From: Algisphaera sp.
GTDB lineage: Bacteria; Planctomycetota; Phycisphaerae; Phycisphaerales; Phycisphaeraceae
Direction of reading: 5' to 3'
NCBI GenBank assembly: GCA_036480015.1
Contig: JAZGFZ010000051.1
Span: forward strand, 2,319 to 66,318
DNA: 64,000 nt
Part shown: positions 33,100 through 43,709 of the stretch, piece after piece
Position numbering within the stretch: the stretch's first letter is position 1
How the letters are laid out: every line of letters starts with the position of its first letter
Position numbers and translations under genes: made by a program
Notes under the pieces: generated by a model
Database searches by the model: none
The model's input: only the letters and a program-made list of their open reading frames with translations
What the model was told of the DNA's origin: nothing

Positions 33100-34866
33100 A
33101 TGCAACAACATCACACGCAGCGATTCACCGCAGGCTCAGCAAGCCCATGGCTCTTCATTGCCGCCATTGCTTTTTTTGGGCTTCTGCTCGCAAGCCCTTG
33201 GGCCCAAGCCGCAGGCCCCGAGGGAAACAACCTGCCCCAAACGCCTCCGCCCGCCACCCCCACCGCGCCCGCCACACCCGACCCCCACGCAGGCCACAAC
33301 CACGCACCCGGCCAGCACCCTGCGCCCACACAATCGCTCACCCGCGCCCAACACCAAGCGTTTGCTCACGCCGTAGACGTTTCAGCCTTTCGCGAACTGG
33401 CCGTGTTTCACAATGGACGGGTCAAAATCCTTGACACCTTTGCCCGCGAACAACTGCGCCGCATTTACGGCAAAACCTCGTTTTACGACACGCAAGCCGA
33501 CACCCTCGATGGCCCCCTAAAAGACCGCAAATCGTTTAAATACCCCCGCGTTTTCACCCTGCTCGACTTGGCCTTTAACCCCAGTTATTACACCGACAAA
33601 CCCTTGCTTCATGCCGAAGTGCTTCCGCTGCGCCGCCGCCTGCTGGCCCACCTGCCACCCGCCGAACAAGAGCGCTGGCTCAAAATCGGCCGCATCACCC
33701 CCGCCATGTTTCTAAGCCCGCCCATGCAAGCGGTCTATCGTGGCAACCAAACCAGCCGCGAAGAAGCCAAGGGCCGCGACCAACTGTTCTTTGCCTTTAG
33801 CGCATGGCAAAACACCGCCAGCACCTTAAAACTCGTCGCCCCCAATCAACCCGCAGGCCAGTGGACCCACCCCAACACCGCCGAAACGCAACACACCCAC
33901 ATCGCCGACCTGTGGTCTCAACTGGCCACCGCATGGCGCGCGGGCGACGCCCCTGCGGCCAACACCCTGCTTGCCAAACTAAACCAACTCATTCCACAAG
34001 AAAACGCAGCGCAATACCCCACCCCTTTTCATCGCCGCCTTGAACGCGTCTACAACGCCACAGGCAAATTCACGCTTGGATATGTTTTTTACGCCATGGC
34101 CACCTTGGCATTGCTTTTGGCCATGGGCACAAAACGCCCATGGCTGCGCTACGCAGGCGTTGGCCTGTTGTTCTTGGGCTTGGGCCTTCACGCCGCAAGC
34201 TTTGCCGCCCGCACTATTTTGTCAGGCCGCTGGGCCATTCACAATCAATACGAATCCTTCATCGCCATTTCACTTTTTGCCGTGGTGGTGGGCGTGATCA
34301 TGCTCATCACCCAACGCATGCTCATTTTCGCCGCCGCCGCCGCCGCACTGGGCACCCTTTCCATGCTCGTGGCCAACCTCTGGGCCATTCCCAGCAATGA
34401 AGTGGGACAAGTCGCCGGCATTCTTGCCACCAGCCGCATTCTCTACGTTCACGTCAACATGGTCTTGGTCAGCTACAGCCTCATTGGCTTGGCCTTTTTC
34501 GTGAGCTTGGGCTACCTGTACAGCCACTACGTTTCGCCCCAAAGCCCCGGCCATAAAAAACGCCTCGCCGACCTCGACCAAGCCCAACTCACCCTCATGC
34601 AACTCGCCTTCTACCTGCTGGGCGTGGGCATTTTGCTGGGCGCCTACTGGGCCGACCACGCCTGGGGCCGCTGGTGGGCATGGGACCCCAAAGAAACCTG
34701 GGCCCTCATCACCTGGATCGTCTACCTCATCGCCATCCACACCCGCTTTGGCGTCCGCAACCGAGGCCTGGTCACCGCATGGCTCAGCGTCATCGGATTC
34801 ATCGTCATGCTCTGGACCTACTGGGGCGTCAACCTACTACTCAGCGGCCTGCATTCCTATGCCTAA
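33100..34866 (+). CDS. ccsA: Cytochrome c biogenesis protein CcsA/ResC with long N-terminal soluble region
   Basis: WADHAWGRWWAWDPKETWALITW (WWD domain), LYVHV, GLHSYA. Start reassigned to the ATG at 33100. Confidence 0.88.
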   Translation: MQQHHTQRFTAGSASPWLFIAAIAFFGLLLASPWAQAAGPEGNNLPQTPPPATPTAPATPDPHAGHNHAPGQHPAPTQSLTRAQHQAFAHAVDVSAFRELAVFHNGRVKILDTFAREQLRRIYGKTSFYDTQADTLDGPLKDRKSFKYPRVFTLLDLAFNPSYYTDKPLLHAEVLPLRRRLLAHLPPAEQERWLKIGRITPAMFLSPPMQAVYRGNQTSREEAKGRDQLFFAFSAWQNTASTLKLVAPNQPAGQWTHPNTAETQHTHIADLWSQLATAWRAGDAPAANTLLAKLNQLIPQENAAQYPTPFHRRLERVYNATGKFTLGYVFYAMATLALLLAMGTKRPWLRYAGVGLLFLGLGLHAASFAARTILSGRWAIHNQYESFIAISLFAVVVGVIMLITQRMLIFAAAAAALGTLSMLVANLWAIPSNEVGQVAGILATSRILYVHVNMVLVSYSLIGLAFFVSLGYLYSHYVSPQSPGHKKRLADLDQAQLTLMQLAFYLLGVGILLGAYWADHAWGRWWAWDPKETWALITWIVYLIAIHTRFGVRNRGLVTAWLSVIGFIVMLWTYWGVNLLLSGLHSYA

Positions 34867-34894
34867 AACCTCGCGTCGCTCGCCATTTTAAAAT

Positions 34895-35480
34895 CTCAAG
34901 ACAAACACGAAAGCTCGAAGGCGCAAAGACACGAAGAAAATTTAACCGCCAAGTTGCCAAGAATGCCAAGGAAGGCAAAGGAAGGCAAAGGAAGGCAAAG
35001 GAATCAAGGCCCAGTCACGCCAATCTCCAGCACCCCCTTTTTATCCAGTGGGATAGGCGTCCCGCCTGTCATCCGCCCGCAGGGCGGACACACATTCAAC
35101 TCCCGCGCCTCTTCATTTTCATTTGCATCTACTTGCGTTCATCCGCATCTAAAAACCATTTCTATAGCGGCCTGAACAAGACCGACCCACTCCGTTCCAC
35201 CATTCCCGCGAAGGCGGGAACTCAAATAAGTACGCGAAGGCGGGAACCCAGCTGCCCTTTGTTCAGAGATTCCCAATTTCTGAATAACCACGAAATACAC
35301 GAAATACACGAAAATCCTGCCTTGGTTTTCTTTCGTACGTTTCGTATGTTTCGTGGTAAAAAAATCGAGAACCATTTGACGTCAGGGAAGCCGTCATGCT
35401 TGTTTTTGTATGCCTATCAAAAAAAAGAGTTCCCCCGATCTATCTTTTTGTCTTCCTTGGCGTCTTGGCGTAAAACCCCT
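34895..35480. repeat. Mosaic of several short-repeat/REP families
   Basis: GAAGGCAAAG x3 (34971-35000), GTGGGATAGGCGTCCCGCCTGTC (35048-35070), CGCGAAGGCGGGAA x2 (35207, 35233), CACGAAATA arms (35288-35356). Confidence 0.75.
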
Positions 35481-35600
35481 TACCTGAAACTGCCTTTCTC
35501 CCTTCAGCGTAATCTGCGGACAAAACGTCCGGAATGGCCTGACTGTTTTGCCCCTCAATTCCACCACCCGCGAAACACTTTTATGTAGTGCGCACAGGGC

Positions 35601-36686
35601 CTAAAGCGCCGCCAACCGCTGGGCGCGGTCTTCGGCGATGAGCGCCGTCACCAGCGAGCCCAAGTCGCCGCCCATCACGTTTTGCAAATTAAAACTTTGC
35701 CCCAATCGATGATCCACCACTTGATTGTCTTTCCAGCGGTACGTGCGCGCCCGCTCGCTGCGTCCTCCTGTGCCAATCAACGAGCTTCGCTTTTCGGCCC
35801 GCTTGGCGTCTTCTTTAGCCTGCATGCGATCGTAAATGCGCGCTCGCATCAGCTGCATGGCTTTTTCGCGGTTTTGGTGCTGGCTTTTGCTTTCTTGCAT
35901 GCGCACTTCAATGCCGGTGGGCTTGTGAATCATGTGAACCGCAGTGGCCACCTTGTTCACGTTTTGCCCGCCGGGGCCCTGCGCGGTGGTCACATGAATT
36001 TCCAAATCTGCTTCTGAAATATTCACTTCCACCTCTTCGGGCTCGGGCAACACCGCCACGGTGGCCGTGCTGGTGTGCACACGCCCTTGTGTTTCGGTGG
36101 CAGGCACGCGTTTCACACAATGCACGCCACTTTCATAACCCAATCCTTGCCACACCCCTTCGCCCGACACCGTTGCCACGGCATGCCGCACCCCACCCGA
36201 ATCACCGGGCGACACATCCACCACCTCCAGTTTCCAACCTTTTGTTTTGGCAAATGATTGATACACCTCCAGCAACTCTCCAGCAAACAAGGCGGCTTCC
36301 GCTCCGCCGGTGCCCGCACGCACTTCAAGAATCACCGCTCCAATCGCCGCGTCATCGGCTGTTACCAGCTCGCCGCTAATGCCCTCCAAAAGCGAGGCCG
36401 ACTTTTCGGCAAGCTCTGGCCGCTCGGCCTTGGCCATTTCCACCAATTCGGCATCTTCTTGCGCCGCAATAATGTCGTCCGCCTCCCTCAACGCTTGGGC
36501 CAATCCACGGTACTCCCGATACTTCGCCACAATCCCTGCCAAGGCCGCCCGTTTCACACTCAATCGCCGCACCGCGGCATGATCGTTCATCACCGCAGGG
36601 GTCATCAGCTCTTCTTCCAGCGCATCAAACTGAAGTGCCAGCTCTTCTAGCTTCTCGATCAACCGCTCATTAAGATCATTGGCCAT
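35601..36686 (-). CDS. prfA: Peptide chain release factor 1
   Basis: RVPATE (PxT), GRVHTSTATVAV, GPGGQNVNK. Confidence 0.93.
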   Translation of the reverse strand: MANDLNERLIEKLEELALQFDALEEELMTPAVMNDHAAVRRLSVKRAALAGIVAKYREYRGLAQALREADDIIAAQEDAELVEMAKAERPELAEKSASLLEGISGELVTADDAAIGAVILEVRAGTGGAEAALFAGELLEVYQSFAKTKGWKLEVVDVSPGDSGGVRHAVATVSGEGVWQGLGYESGVHCVKRVPATETQGRVHTSTATVAVLPEPEEVEVNISEADLEIHVTTAQGPGGQNVNKVATAVHMIHKPTGIEVRMQESKSQHQNREKAMQLMRARIYDRMQAKEDAKRAEKRSSLIGTGGRSERARTYRWKDNQVVDHRLGQSFNLQNVMGGDLGSLVTALIAEDRAQRLAAL

Positions 36687-36707
36687 AACACATCACCGTA
36701 CCCTTTC

Positions 36708-36743
36708 AAAAAAAAGACCACGCGCAAAGCGTGGTCTTTTTTT
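36708..36743. terminator. Intrinsic terminator downstream of rpmE2
   Basis: AAAAAAAGACCACGC-5 nt-GCGTGGTCTTTTTTT. Confidence 0.8.
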
Positions 36744-36784
36744 AACTGTATCAGGCTGCAAGGTGGACAAAGCCCACCAAGAGA

Positions 36785-37045
36785 TTACTTCTTGCCGAAG
36801 TAATTGCCTGCGAATTTCTTTTGGAACTTCTCGACGCGACCCGCTGTGTCGACAAACTTTTGCTTGCCCGTGAAGAAGGGGTGACTGGCAGCCGAAATAT
36901 CGACCTTCACCAAGGTGTACTCTTTGCCATCTTCCCACGTGATCGTGTCTTTCGACTTGGCCGTCGAGTGGGTGATGAAGTTAAAGTCTGCCGACACGTC
37001 GCGGAAGACCACAGGGCGGTACTCGGGGTGGATATCAGGCTTCAT
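36785..37045 (-). CDS. rpmE2: 50S ribosomal protein L31 type B (Cys-free)
   Basis: MKPDIHPEY...[26 protein letters not shown]. Confidence 0.95.
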   Translation of the reverse strand: MKPDIHPEYRPVVFRDVSADFNFITHSTAKSKDTITWEDGKEYTLVKVDISAASHPFFTGKQKFVDTAGRVEKFQKKFAGNYFGKK

Positions 37046-37312
37046 CTTGCGTCCAATTGCGTCTAGGGTGGGTTAACGAGGGATCGAGGCCGAAGAAAAA
37101 CCTCCGGCGAGCCGGGTAATCTAAGCCCTCACCCGCTAACCTGCAACCCACAGAACATTCCCCCCCTAGGCCGTTCTTAAGAAAAAGCATCAAAAACACC
37201 CTTTATAACCTTAAACCCTCCTTCTTTCCCCAAAACTTCCTCGCCGCAAAGCCAATAAAAGGTAGGCTTATCCCCTCCTTCCATCTTGCCCCCTTTCACC
37301 CCAATCTTTCCC

Positions 37313-38227
37313 ATGCCCACCTCTCCCTCCACCCTCACCCACCTCAAGCAACTTGAGGCCGAATCCATCCACATCATTCGCGAGGTCGCCGCCGAGTTCG
37401 ACAAGCCTGTGATGATGTATTCGGTGGGCAAAGACTCTGCGGTCATGCTGCACTTGGCCCTCAAAGCCTTTGCACCTGGCAAGCTGCCTTTTCCTTTGAT
37501 GCACGTGGACACCACGTTCAAATTCAAAGAGATGATCACCTTCCGCGACAAACACATCAAAGATTTGGGGCTGGATCTCATCGTCCACACCAACCAAGAA
37601 GGTGTCGATGCTGGCGTGGGCCCCTTCACCAGCGGCAGCAAGGTTCACACCGACATCATGAAAACCCAAGGTCTTCTTCAGGCCCTTAACAAATACAAAT
37701 TTGACGCCATGTTCGGCGGCGCCCGCCGCGATGAAGAAAAATCACGCGCCAAAGAACGCGTCTATTCCTTCCGCGATCAAAACCACCAGTGGGACCCTAA
37801 AAACCAGCGGCCCGAACTCTGGAACCTCTACAACGCCGAGGTCAACAAAGGCGAGTCCATTCGCGTGTTCCCCATCAGCAACTGGACCGAGCTAGATGTT
37901 TGGCAATACATCCACCTCGAAAACATCCCCATCGTTCCGCTTTATTACAGTGCCAAACGTCCTGTCGTCGAACGCGAAGGCCAACTCATCATGGTCGACG
38001 ATAATCGCCTTCCACTTAAAGAAGGCGAAACCCCCATGATGAAAAGCGTGCGCTTTCGCACCTTGGGTTGCTACCCACTCACCGGTGCAGTGGAATCTGA
38101 AGCCACCACCCTGCCTGAGATCATTCAAGAAATGCTTGTCGCCACCCGAAGCGAACGCGAAGGTCGCATCATCGACACCGACCAAGACGGCTCGATGGAG
38201 CAAAAGAAAAAGGAAGGGTATTTTTAA
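37313..38227 (+). CDS. cysD: Sulfate adenylyltransferase subunit 2
   Basis: [35 protein letters not shown]. Confidence 0.96.
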   Translation: MPTSPSTLTHLKQLEAESIHIIREVAAEFDKPVMMYSVGKDSAVMLHLALKAFAPGKLPFPLMHVDTTFKFKEMITFRDKHIKDLGLDLIVHTNQEGVDAGVGPFTSGSKVHTDIMKTQGLLQALNKYKFDAMFGGARRDEEKSRAKERVYSFRDQNHQWDPKNQRPELWNLYNAEVNKGESIRVFPISNWTELDVWQYIHLENIPIVPLYYSAKRPVVEREGQLIMVDDNRLPLKEGETPMMKSVRFRTLGCYPLTGAVESEATTLPEIIQEMLVATRSEREGRIIDTDQDGSMEQKKKEGYF

Positions 38228-38229
38228 TT

Positions 38230-38264
38230 TAGGCATTAGGCACTAGGCAATAGGCACTAGGCAA
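38230..38264 (+). repeat. Heptamer tandem repeat, left arm (TAGGCAH x5)
   Basis: TAGGCAT TAGGCAC TAGGCAA TAGGCAC TAGGCAA. Confidence 0.85.
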
Positions 38265-38306
38265 GTAAGAAAGAACCAGAACCTCCTTTTTTTACTGGAA
38301 CTTCAC

Positions 38307-38687
38307 ATGGACGGCAAAGGATATCGCGGTCTACACGTTTGGGAACGGGCCATGGAAGCTGCTGAAGCAACCTACAAACTCACCGCCCAAATGCCTCGCG
38401 ATGAACAATACGGACTCATTTCGCAAATGCGCCGGTCTGCCGTTTCGATTGCCTCCAATATTGCCGAAGGCTACGGCCGCAAATCAACCGGCGATTACCT
38501 AAAACACCTCGCCTACGCTCGCGGATCCCTTGCCGAGCTCGAAACCCAAATCACCCTTGCTGTTCGAGTCGGCTGCATCGAACGTAAAGACGCCATGACC
38601 TCTTGGGACCTTTGCCAAGAAGTCGGAAAAATGCTCACTCGCCTCGTTCAATCCCTCGAAACATCACCCAAAAAACCAAAGCTCTAA
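38307..38687 (+). CDS. Four-helix-bundle protein (23S rRNA intervening-sequence protein family)
   Basis: YRGLHVW, EQYGLISQMRRSAVSIASNIAEG, ARGSLAELETQ. Confidence 0.9.
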   Translation: MDGKGYRGLHVWERAMEAAEATYKLTAQMPRDEQYGLISQMRRSAVSIASNIAEGYGRKSTGDYLKHLAYARGSLAELETQITLAVRVGCIERKDAMTSWDLCQEVGKMLTRLVQSLETSPKKPKL

Positions 38688-38704
38688 TTCCTCTTACCTC
38701 CCTC

Positions 38705-38732
38705 ATGCCTAGTGCCTCATGCCTAGCGCCTA
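38705..38732 (-). repeat. Heptamer tandem repeat, right arm (inverse of left arm, x4)
   Basis: ATGCCTA GTGCCTC ATGCCTA GCGCCTA. Confidence 0.85.
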
Positions 38733-38739
38733 AACCACC

Positions 38740-40671
38740 ATGTCACACCAATCTGAACTTATCACCACCGACATCAACGCCTACCTCAAACAGCATGAGA
38801 ACAAAGAGCTCTTGCGCTTTATCACCTGCGGCAGCGTTGACGACGGCAAGTCCACCCTCATTGGCCGTTTGCTTTACGACTCCAAAATGGTCTACGAAGA
38901 CCAACTGGCGGCCGTCAAAGATGCGTCAATCAAGCACGGCACCACCGGCACCGATTTTGACCCGGCCCTGCTCACCGATGGCCTTCGCGCCGAGCGAGAG
39001 CAAGGCATCACCATCGACGTGGCCTACCGCTACTTCAGCACCGCCAAGCGTAAGTTCATCATCGCCGACACCCCCGGCCACGAACAATACACCCGCAACA
39101 TGGCCACGGGCGCCAGCACGGCCGACTTGGCCATTTTGCTTATCGACGCTCGTCACGGTGTGCAAATCCAAACCCGTCGCCATGCGTTTATCGCTTCACT
39201 TCTGGGCATCAAGCACGTGGTTTGCGCCATTAACAAAATGGACCTTGTCGATTTTGCCGAATCCACCTTCGACGACATTCGCAAAGAATTCTCTGCCTTT
39301 GCCGCAAAGCTCGACCTGCCCGACATTGAATTTGTTCCCATGGCCGCCCTAAGCGGTGACAACGTGGTGAATCAAAGCGAAAACATGCCTTGGTACGACG
39401 GCGGCACCCTCATGCACATTCTTGAACATGTGCACATTGCCAGCGACCGCAACCTCATCGACCTTCGCTTTCCCGTTCAGTACGTCAACCGCCCCAACCT
39501 TGACTTTCGAGGCTTTGCAGGCACGCTGGCCAGTGGCACCGTGCGCCCCGGCGACGACATCATGGTGCTGCCTTCAGGCAAAACCAGTCGTGTTAAATCG
39601 GTGGTCACCTACGAAGGCGACCTCGATGCGGCACGGGCCCCCATGGCCCCCACCCTCACCCTTGAAACCGAAATTGATGTCAGCCGTGGCGACATGCTGG
39701 TTCACCCGGGCAACCGCCCCACCGTGGCCCAAGCCTTTGACGCCATGTTGGTGTGGATGGCCGAAACCCCACTGGCCTTGGGCAGCCCGGGCCGCTACCT
39801 CATCAAACACACCACCCGGCAAACCCCGGGTGTGATCACGGGGCTCACTTACCGCATGGATGTCAACACCCTGCACAAACAACCCGATGCCGACACGCTG
39901 AATCTCAATGAAATTGGCCGCGTCACCGTCGAAACCGCCCGCCCGCTGTGCTTTGATCCTTACAAACAAAACCGCCACACCGGCGCCTTTATCGTCATCG
40001 ATCGGCAAACCAACAACACCGTTGCCGCAGGCCTCATTCGTGCCAGCAGCGAAAGTGCCGGTCAAGTCGCCCGACGCAAACTTGCCGAATCCAAAGCCGC
40101 CGATGCCCAACAACACGAAAGCCTCATCACCCCCGACGAACGCACTGCACGCTTGGGCCACAAGCCCGCGACCCTCTGGCTCACCGGACTCACCGGAAGC
40201 GGAAAATCCCCCATCGCCCACGCGCTGGAACGCAGGCTCTTCGATGAAGGTCACACCGTGCTGGTTCTCGACGGCCGCAATGCCCGGCTGGGCCTCAGTG
40301 CCGACCTAAGCCACACCCAAGCCGACCGCGCCGAAAACCTACGCCGCGCCGCCGAAGTGGCCAAGCTGGCCAACCAAGCTGGACAAATTGTCATCTGCGC
40401 CTTCTTGTCGCCTTCGGCAAACGACCGCGCCGCCGCCAAAGCCATCGTTGGCGACGACCTGTTCATCGAAGTGTTTTGCGACGCCCCCGAAGACATCTGC
40501 AAAAAACGAGCCGTTGAGCAAGGCTCCAACATGGCCGCCTTCAGCGACATGGCCGCCCCTTACGAGGCGCCCACGTCGCCCCATCTCGCACTTGCCACCC
40601 ACCAACAATCCATCGAAGAATGCGTCAACGCCATTGAAGCCGTGTTGACCCACAAGGGAATGCTGGACTGA
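38740..40671 (+). CDS. cysNC: CysN-CysC fusion (ATP sulfurylase GTPase subunit + APS-kinase-like domain)
   Basis: [23 protein letters not shown]-terminal P-loop domain with altered motifs. Confidence 0.92.
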   Translation: MSHQSELITTDINAYLKQHENKELLRFITCGSVDDGKSTLIGRLLYDSKMVYEDQLAAVKDASIKHGTTGTDFDPALLTDGLRAEREQGITIDVAYRYFSTAKRKFIIADTPGHEQYTRNMATGASTADLAILLIDARHGVQIQTRRHAFIASLLGIKHVVCAINKMDLVDFAESTFDDIRKEFSAFAAKLDLPDIEFVPMAALSGDNVVNQSENMPWYDGGTLMHILEHVHIASDRNLIDLRFPVQYVNRPNLDFRGFAGTLASGTVRPGDDIMVLPSGKTSRVKSVVTYEGDLDAARAPMAPTLTLETEIDVSRGDMLVHPGNRPTVAQAFDAMLVWMAETPLALGSPGRYLIKHTTRQTPGVITGLTYRMDVNTLHKQPDADTLNLNEIGRVTVETARPLCFDPYKQNRHTGAFIVIDRQTNNTVAAGLIRASSESAGQVARRKLAESKAADAQQHESLITPDERTARLGHKPATLWLTGLTGSGKSPIAHALERRLFDEGHTVLVLDGRNARLGLSADLSHTQADRAENLRRAAEVAKLANQAGQIVICAFLSPSANDRAAAKAIVGDDLFIEVFCDAPEDICKKRAVEQGSNMAAFSDMAAPYEAPTSPHLALATHQQSIEECVNAIEAVLTHKGMLD

Positions 40672-40735
40672 GAGCCGAGCCATGGCTTAAAAAGCAGCCT
40701 TGCCCCCCGCTCCGCCTGCTATAACTGCCCAAGCC

Positions 40736-41719
40736 ATGGCCGATATTCCACAATCTTCACCCCACGATAATCCACCGCCCCCAGGCGATGCCATCGGCCA
40801 TGCGCCGGTTCTCTTAGATGAAACACTGGCACTGCTTGCCCCCCAACCGGGTCAAACCCTGATGGATGTCACCTTGGGGCGTGGGGGCCACGCCGCCGCC
40901 ATCCTCCCGCGCATTGCCGGCGGGCGACTCATTGGCCTAGACACCGATCCTGCCAACGCCGACTTTGCCCGATCTCGACTGGAACCCATCGCGGCTGAAC
41001 ACGGTGTCGCTCTCGATGTCATCCACATCAATTTCGCAGGCGTCGCCCGGGTGTTGCAAGATTTAAGCCTCGCCGGTGTGGACGGCCTGCTGGCCGACTT
41101 GGGCTTCGCCTCCAATCAAATGGATGACCCCCAGCGCGGCTTTGCCTTTCGCTTTGACGGCCCACTGGACATGCGTCTCGACCCCACGCGAGGCCAGCCC
41201 GCATCACACTTGGTCAACACGCTCACCGAAACCGCCCTCGCCGATCTCATTTACACCTTGGGCGAAGACCGCGCCAGCCGACGCATTGCAAAAAAGATTA
41301 TCGAACGTCGGTCGATTTCGCCGATCCTTACAACAGATGATTTGGCGCGCACGGTGCGTGCCGCCCAGCCCCACTCGGCCCCAGGTCGCCGCGGGCCCTC
41401 TTCACGCGGTGGATCACACGGGATAGACCCCGCCACCCGCACGTTCATGGCTTTGCGTATTGCCGTAAACGGTGAACTCGACGCATTAGACACCCTGCTT
41501 GCCACGTTGCCAAAATTGCTGAACCCCAACGGCATCGCCGCAATGATCAGCTTTCATTCCCTTGAAGACCGCCGGGTCAAACAAGCCTTCCTTAAATTCC
41601 AACAAGACGATTGGGCCCAGCGCCTCACCCGCAAACCCATCACCGCCGCACCTGCCGAACTGGCCAACAACCCCCGCAGTCGATCCGCCAAATTAAGAGG
41701 CTTGCAAAAAAAGCCATAA
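40736..41719 (+). CDS. rsmH: 16S rRNA m4C1402 methyltransferase
   Basis: HAPVLLDE, DVTLGRGGH, DLGFASNQ, LDMRLD, ISFHSLEDR, NPRSRSAKLR. Confidence 0.95.
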   Translation: MADIPQSSPHDNPPPPGDAIGHAPVLLDETLALLAPQPGQTLMDVTLGRGGHAAAILPRIAGGRLIGLDTDPANADFARSRLEPIAAEHGVALDVIHINFAGVARVLQDLSLAGVDGLLADLGFASNQMDDPQRGFAFRFDGPLDMRLDPTRGQPASHLVNTLTETALADLIYTLGEDRASRRIAKKIIERRSISPILTTDDLARTVRAAQPHSAPGRRGPSSRGGSHGIDPATRTFMALRIAVNGELDALDTLLATLPKLLNPNGIAAMISFHSLEDRRVKQAFLKFQQDDWAQRLTRKPITAAPAELANNPRSRSAKLRGLQKKP

Positions 41720-41865
41720 CCCCCAAGCGGGGTGCTACCCTGCTTCGTATTCAACATTCGAACCCGCCAAGGATGGCGCGTTCTTCATTTTTTCGCTCTT
41801 GGTCGCACACCTTTAATTAACCACGCGACCAACCGCCACCTACCGCTCACGGACGAACCGGTTCC

Positions 41866-43377
41866 ATGGCCAAAGAAACCAAAGTCGGACTCCTCATTGG
41901 ACTTGCCTTAATCCTGCTCGTGGGGATTATCCTGTCAGATTTAGTCAAGGGCCCTCCGCCCGCCGTCGCCGTTGAAGAACAAGCCGAAGGCTTTGGAGCG
42001 CAAGCCCAAAACAACATCTACGCGCCGCCTGCGCCCCTCAAAGACCGTTCGTTTGATCGTCCCGGCGTGCTCTCTCGACCCGAGCCCTCAACGCCCAGCG
42101 CCTTTCAAACCCAACCTGCCTTTGGCCAAGACACCCCGGCATTTGAATTGCCCACCGCCCCCACCAACACTGCGGGCGAAGCCGACCGCGAGTTTGCCCC
42201 GCCGCCCCACCGGCGTCCCGACTTGCCCGAACCCGAAACCATGGAAGCCGCAGCCCCGCGTGTTGCCGAGTTACCCCAAGCATGGCGTGTGGATCGCACG
42301 GCAGCCGCCACCCCCACGACAACCACCAACGTCGCTTTTTCGCCAAACACCAGCCCCGCCCCCGACGAAACCCTTTCGGCCACCCCCGAAGACCGCTCGG
42401 TGTTTATTCCGCCGCCCGTTGCACCCACCGCCCCATCCGCCCATCACGGCTCCGATACGTTCCACCGTGTTGGCCCCCGCGACACCTTGGCCTCGGTGGC
42501 GCGCAAACATTATGGCAACGTTTCATTTGCCACAGGATTGGCCAAAGCCAACCCCGGCATGGTGGGATTTGGCGGCGTTCTACAACCCGGCGACCAACTC
42601 ACCCTCCCCAGCTTAAACAGCCCCCACTTCAGATCCAACACCCCCCTCATGGCAGACGCCGCACCAGCCGCGCCGTCCCACGACGACATCGCCCCCGAAC
42701 CCTTGCCCCGCCCACAACGTGCCGCAGGTGCCGACGCACTTAACAACACCATCAAAGTTGGAGCCGGCGACACCCTCAGCGGACTCGCCGCACGCCACTT
42801 GGGCAGCAGCCAACGGTGGGACGATCTACTCGACGCCAACCAAGACATTCTTAAACGTCCCGAAGCACTGCGTGAAGGCATGGTGCTTAAACTGCCTCAA
42901 ACGGCCGGCACGCCAGCCACCCCCAAACCAACTCAAGCCCGCCCCACCGCCGTGGCAAGCACCTCTTCACCTGCAGCGGGCAATAGCCATATCTACCGCG
43001 TGAAACCCGGCGACACCCTCTCAGGTATTGCCCGTAAAAAACTCGGCAACGCCCAGCGTTGGGACGACCTGCTTCAAGCCAACGCCGACCTACTCGACAG
43101 CCCCGAAGACCTGCGCGAAGGCATGAAGCTCACCCTTCCCAACGCCTCTGGCACGTCGGCGACAGCCCCCGCGACCACCACAACGCGACCCACCGTCATC
43201 GCCATGGCAAGCCCCACCGCCCGCACCTACACCGTTCGATCCGGCGACAACCTCACCCAAATCGCACGCCGCGAACTGGGAGACGGCCAACGGTGGGATG
43301 AAATTTTTGACGCCAATCGCGATCAAATGGACAGCCCCAGCGCCTTGCGCGAAGGCCAAACCCTACGCATGCCCTAG
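41866..43377 (+). CDS. Membrane-anchored protein with four LysM domains
   Basis: N-terminal TM, Pro-rich linker, HRVGPRDTL / KVGAGDTL / YRVKPGDTL / YTVRSGDNL repeats. Confidence 0.88.
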   Translation: MAKETKVGLLIGLALILLVGIILSDLVKGPPPAVAVEEQAEGFGAQAQNNIYAPPAPLKDRSFDRPGVLSRPEPSTPSAFQTQPAFGQDTPAFELPTAPTNTAGEADREFAPPPHRRPDLPEPETMEAAAPRVAELPQAWRVDRTAAATPTTTTNVAFSPNTSPAPDETLSATPEDRSVFIPPPVAPTAPSAHHGSDTFHRVGPRDTLASVARKHYGNVSFATGLAKANPGMVGFGGVLQPGDQLTLPSLNSPHFRSNTPLMADAAPAAPSHDDIAPEPLPRPQRAAGADALNNTIKVGAGDTLSGLAARHLGSSQRWDDLLDANQDILKRPEALREGMVLKLPQTAGTPATPKPTQARPTAVASTSSPAAGNSHIYRVKPGDTLSGIARKKLGNAQRWDDLLQANADLLDSPEDLREGMKLTLPNASGTSATAPATTTTRPTVIAMASPTARTYTVRSGDNLTQIARRELGDGQRWDEIFDANRDQMDSPSALREGQTLRMP

Positions 43378-43451
43378 CGCCCACGTCCAGCCCACGCTTG
43401 CCGCGCGGATCCCACCCCCAACGCCGTCCTGACTCCTCACCCCGCCCGCGC

Positions 43452-43709
43452 ATGTTTCCCCGCCTAATCGCCACCACCACCGCCATTGCCTTGGTTGCCG
43501 CCAGCCTGCTCGCCCTGCGACAGCACCGGCTTCAGCTACTGCACGCCATGGGCGAACTGCACGTGCAAATGGACACCGACCGCAAGCTCACTTGGGACAC
43601 ACAATCGGCCATTGCCGAAGGCACCCACCCCGCCGCACTGCGTGACGCGGTGATTCGCGTGGGCCTCAAGCTCAAACCCGCAGACGCCCCCACCCCCGCT
43701 GCGCCGTGA
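43452..43709 (+). CDS. FtsL-like small bitopic protein
   Basis: TM followed by coiled-coil-like segment; lies immediately before the PBP with a 4-bp overlap, the usual ftsL position. Confidence 0.55.
   Translation: MFPRLIATTTAIALVAASLLALRQHRLQLLHAMGELHVQMDTDRKLTWDTQSAIAEGTHPAALRDAVIRVGLKLKPADAPTPAAP

Noticed and set aside
34674-35588. 304-aa ORF and other long shadow ORFs (e.g. 3273-4223, 15969-16958, 21679-22713, 48548-49453, 54771-55742)
   Set aside because: They are antisense or off-frame to well-supported genes, or run through repeat tracts, and have no family motifs.
38307-38687. Diversity-generating retroelement (Avd homolog)
   Set aside because: No reverse transcriptase and no template/variable repeat pair differing at adenines.
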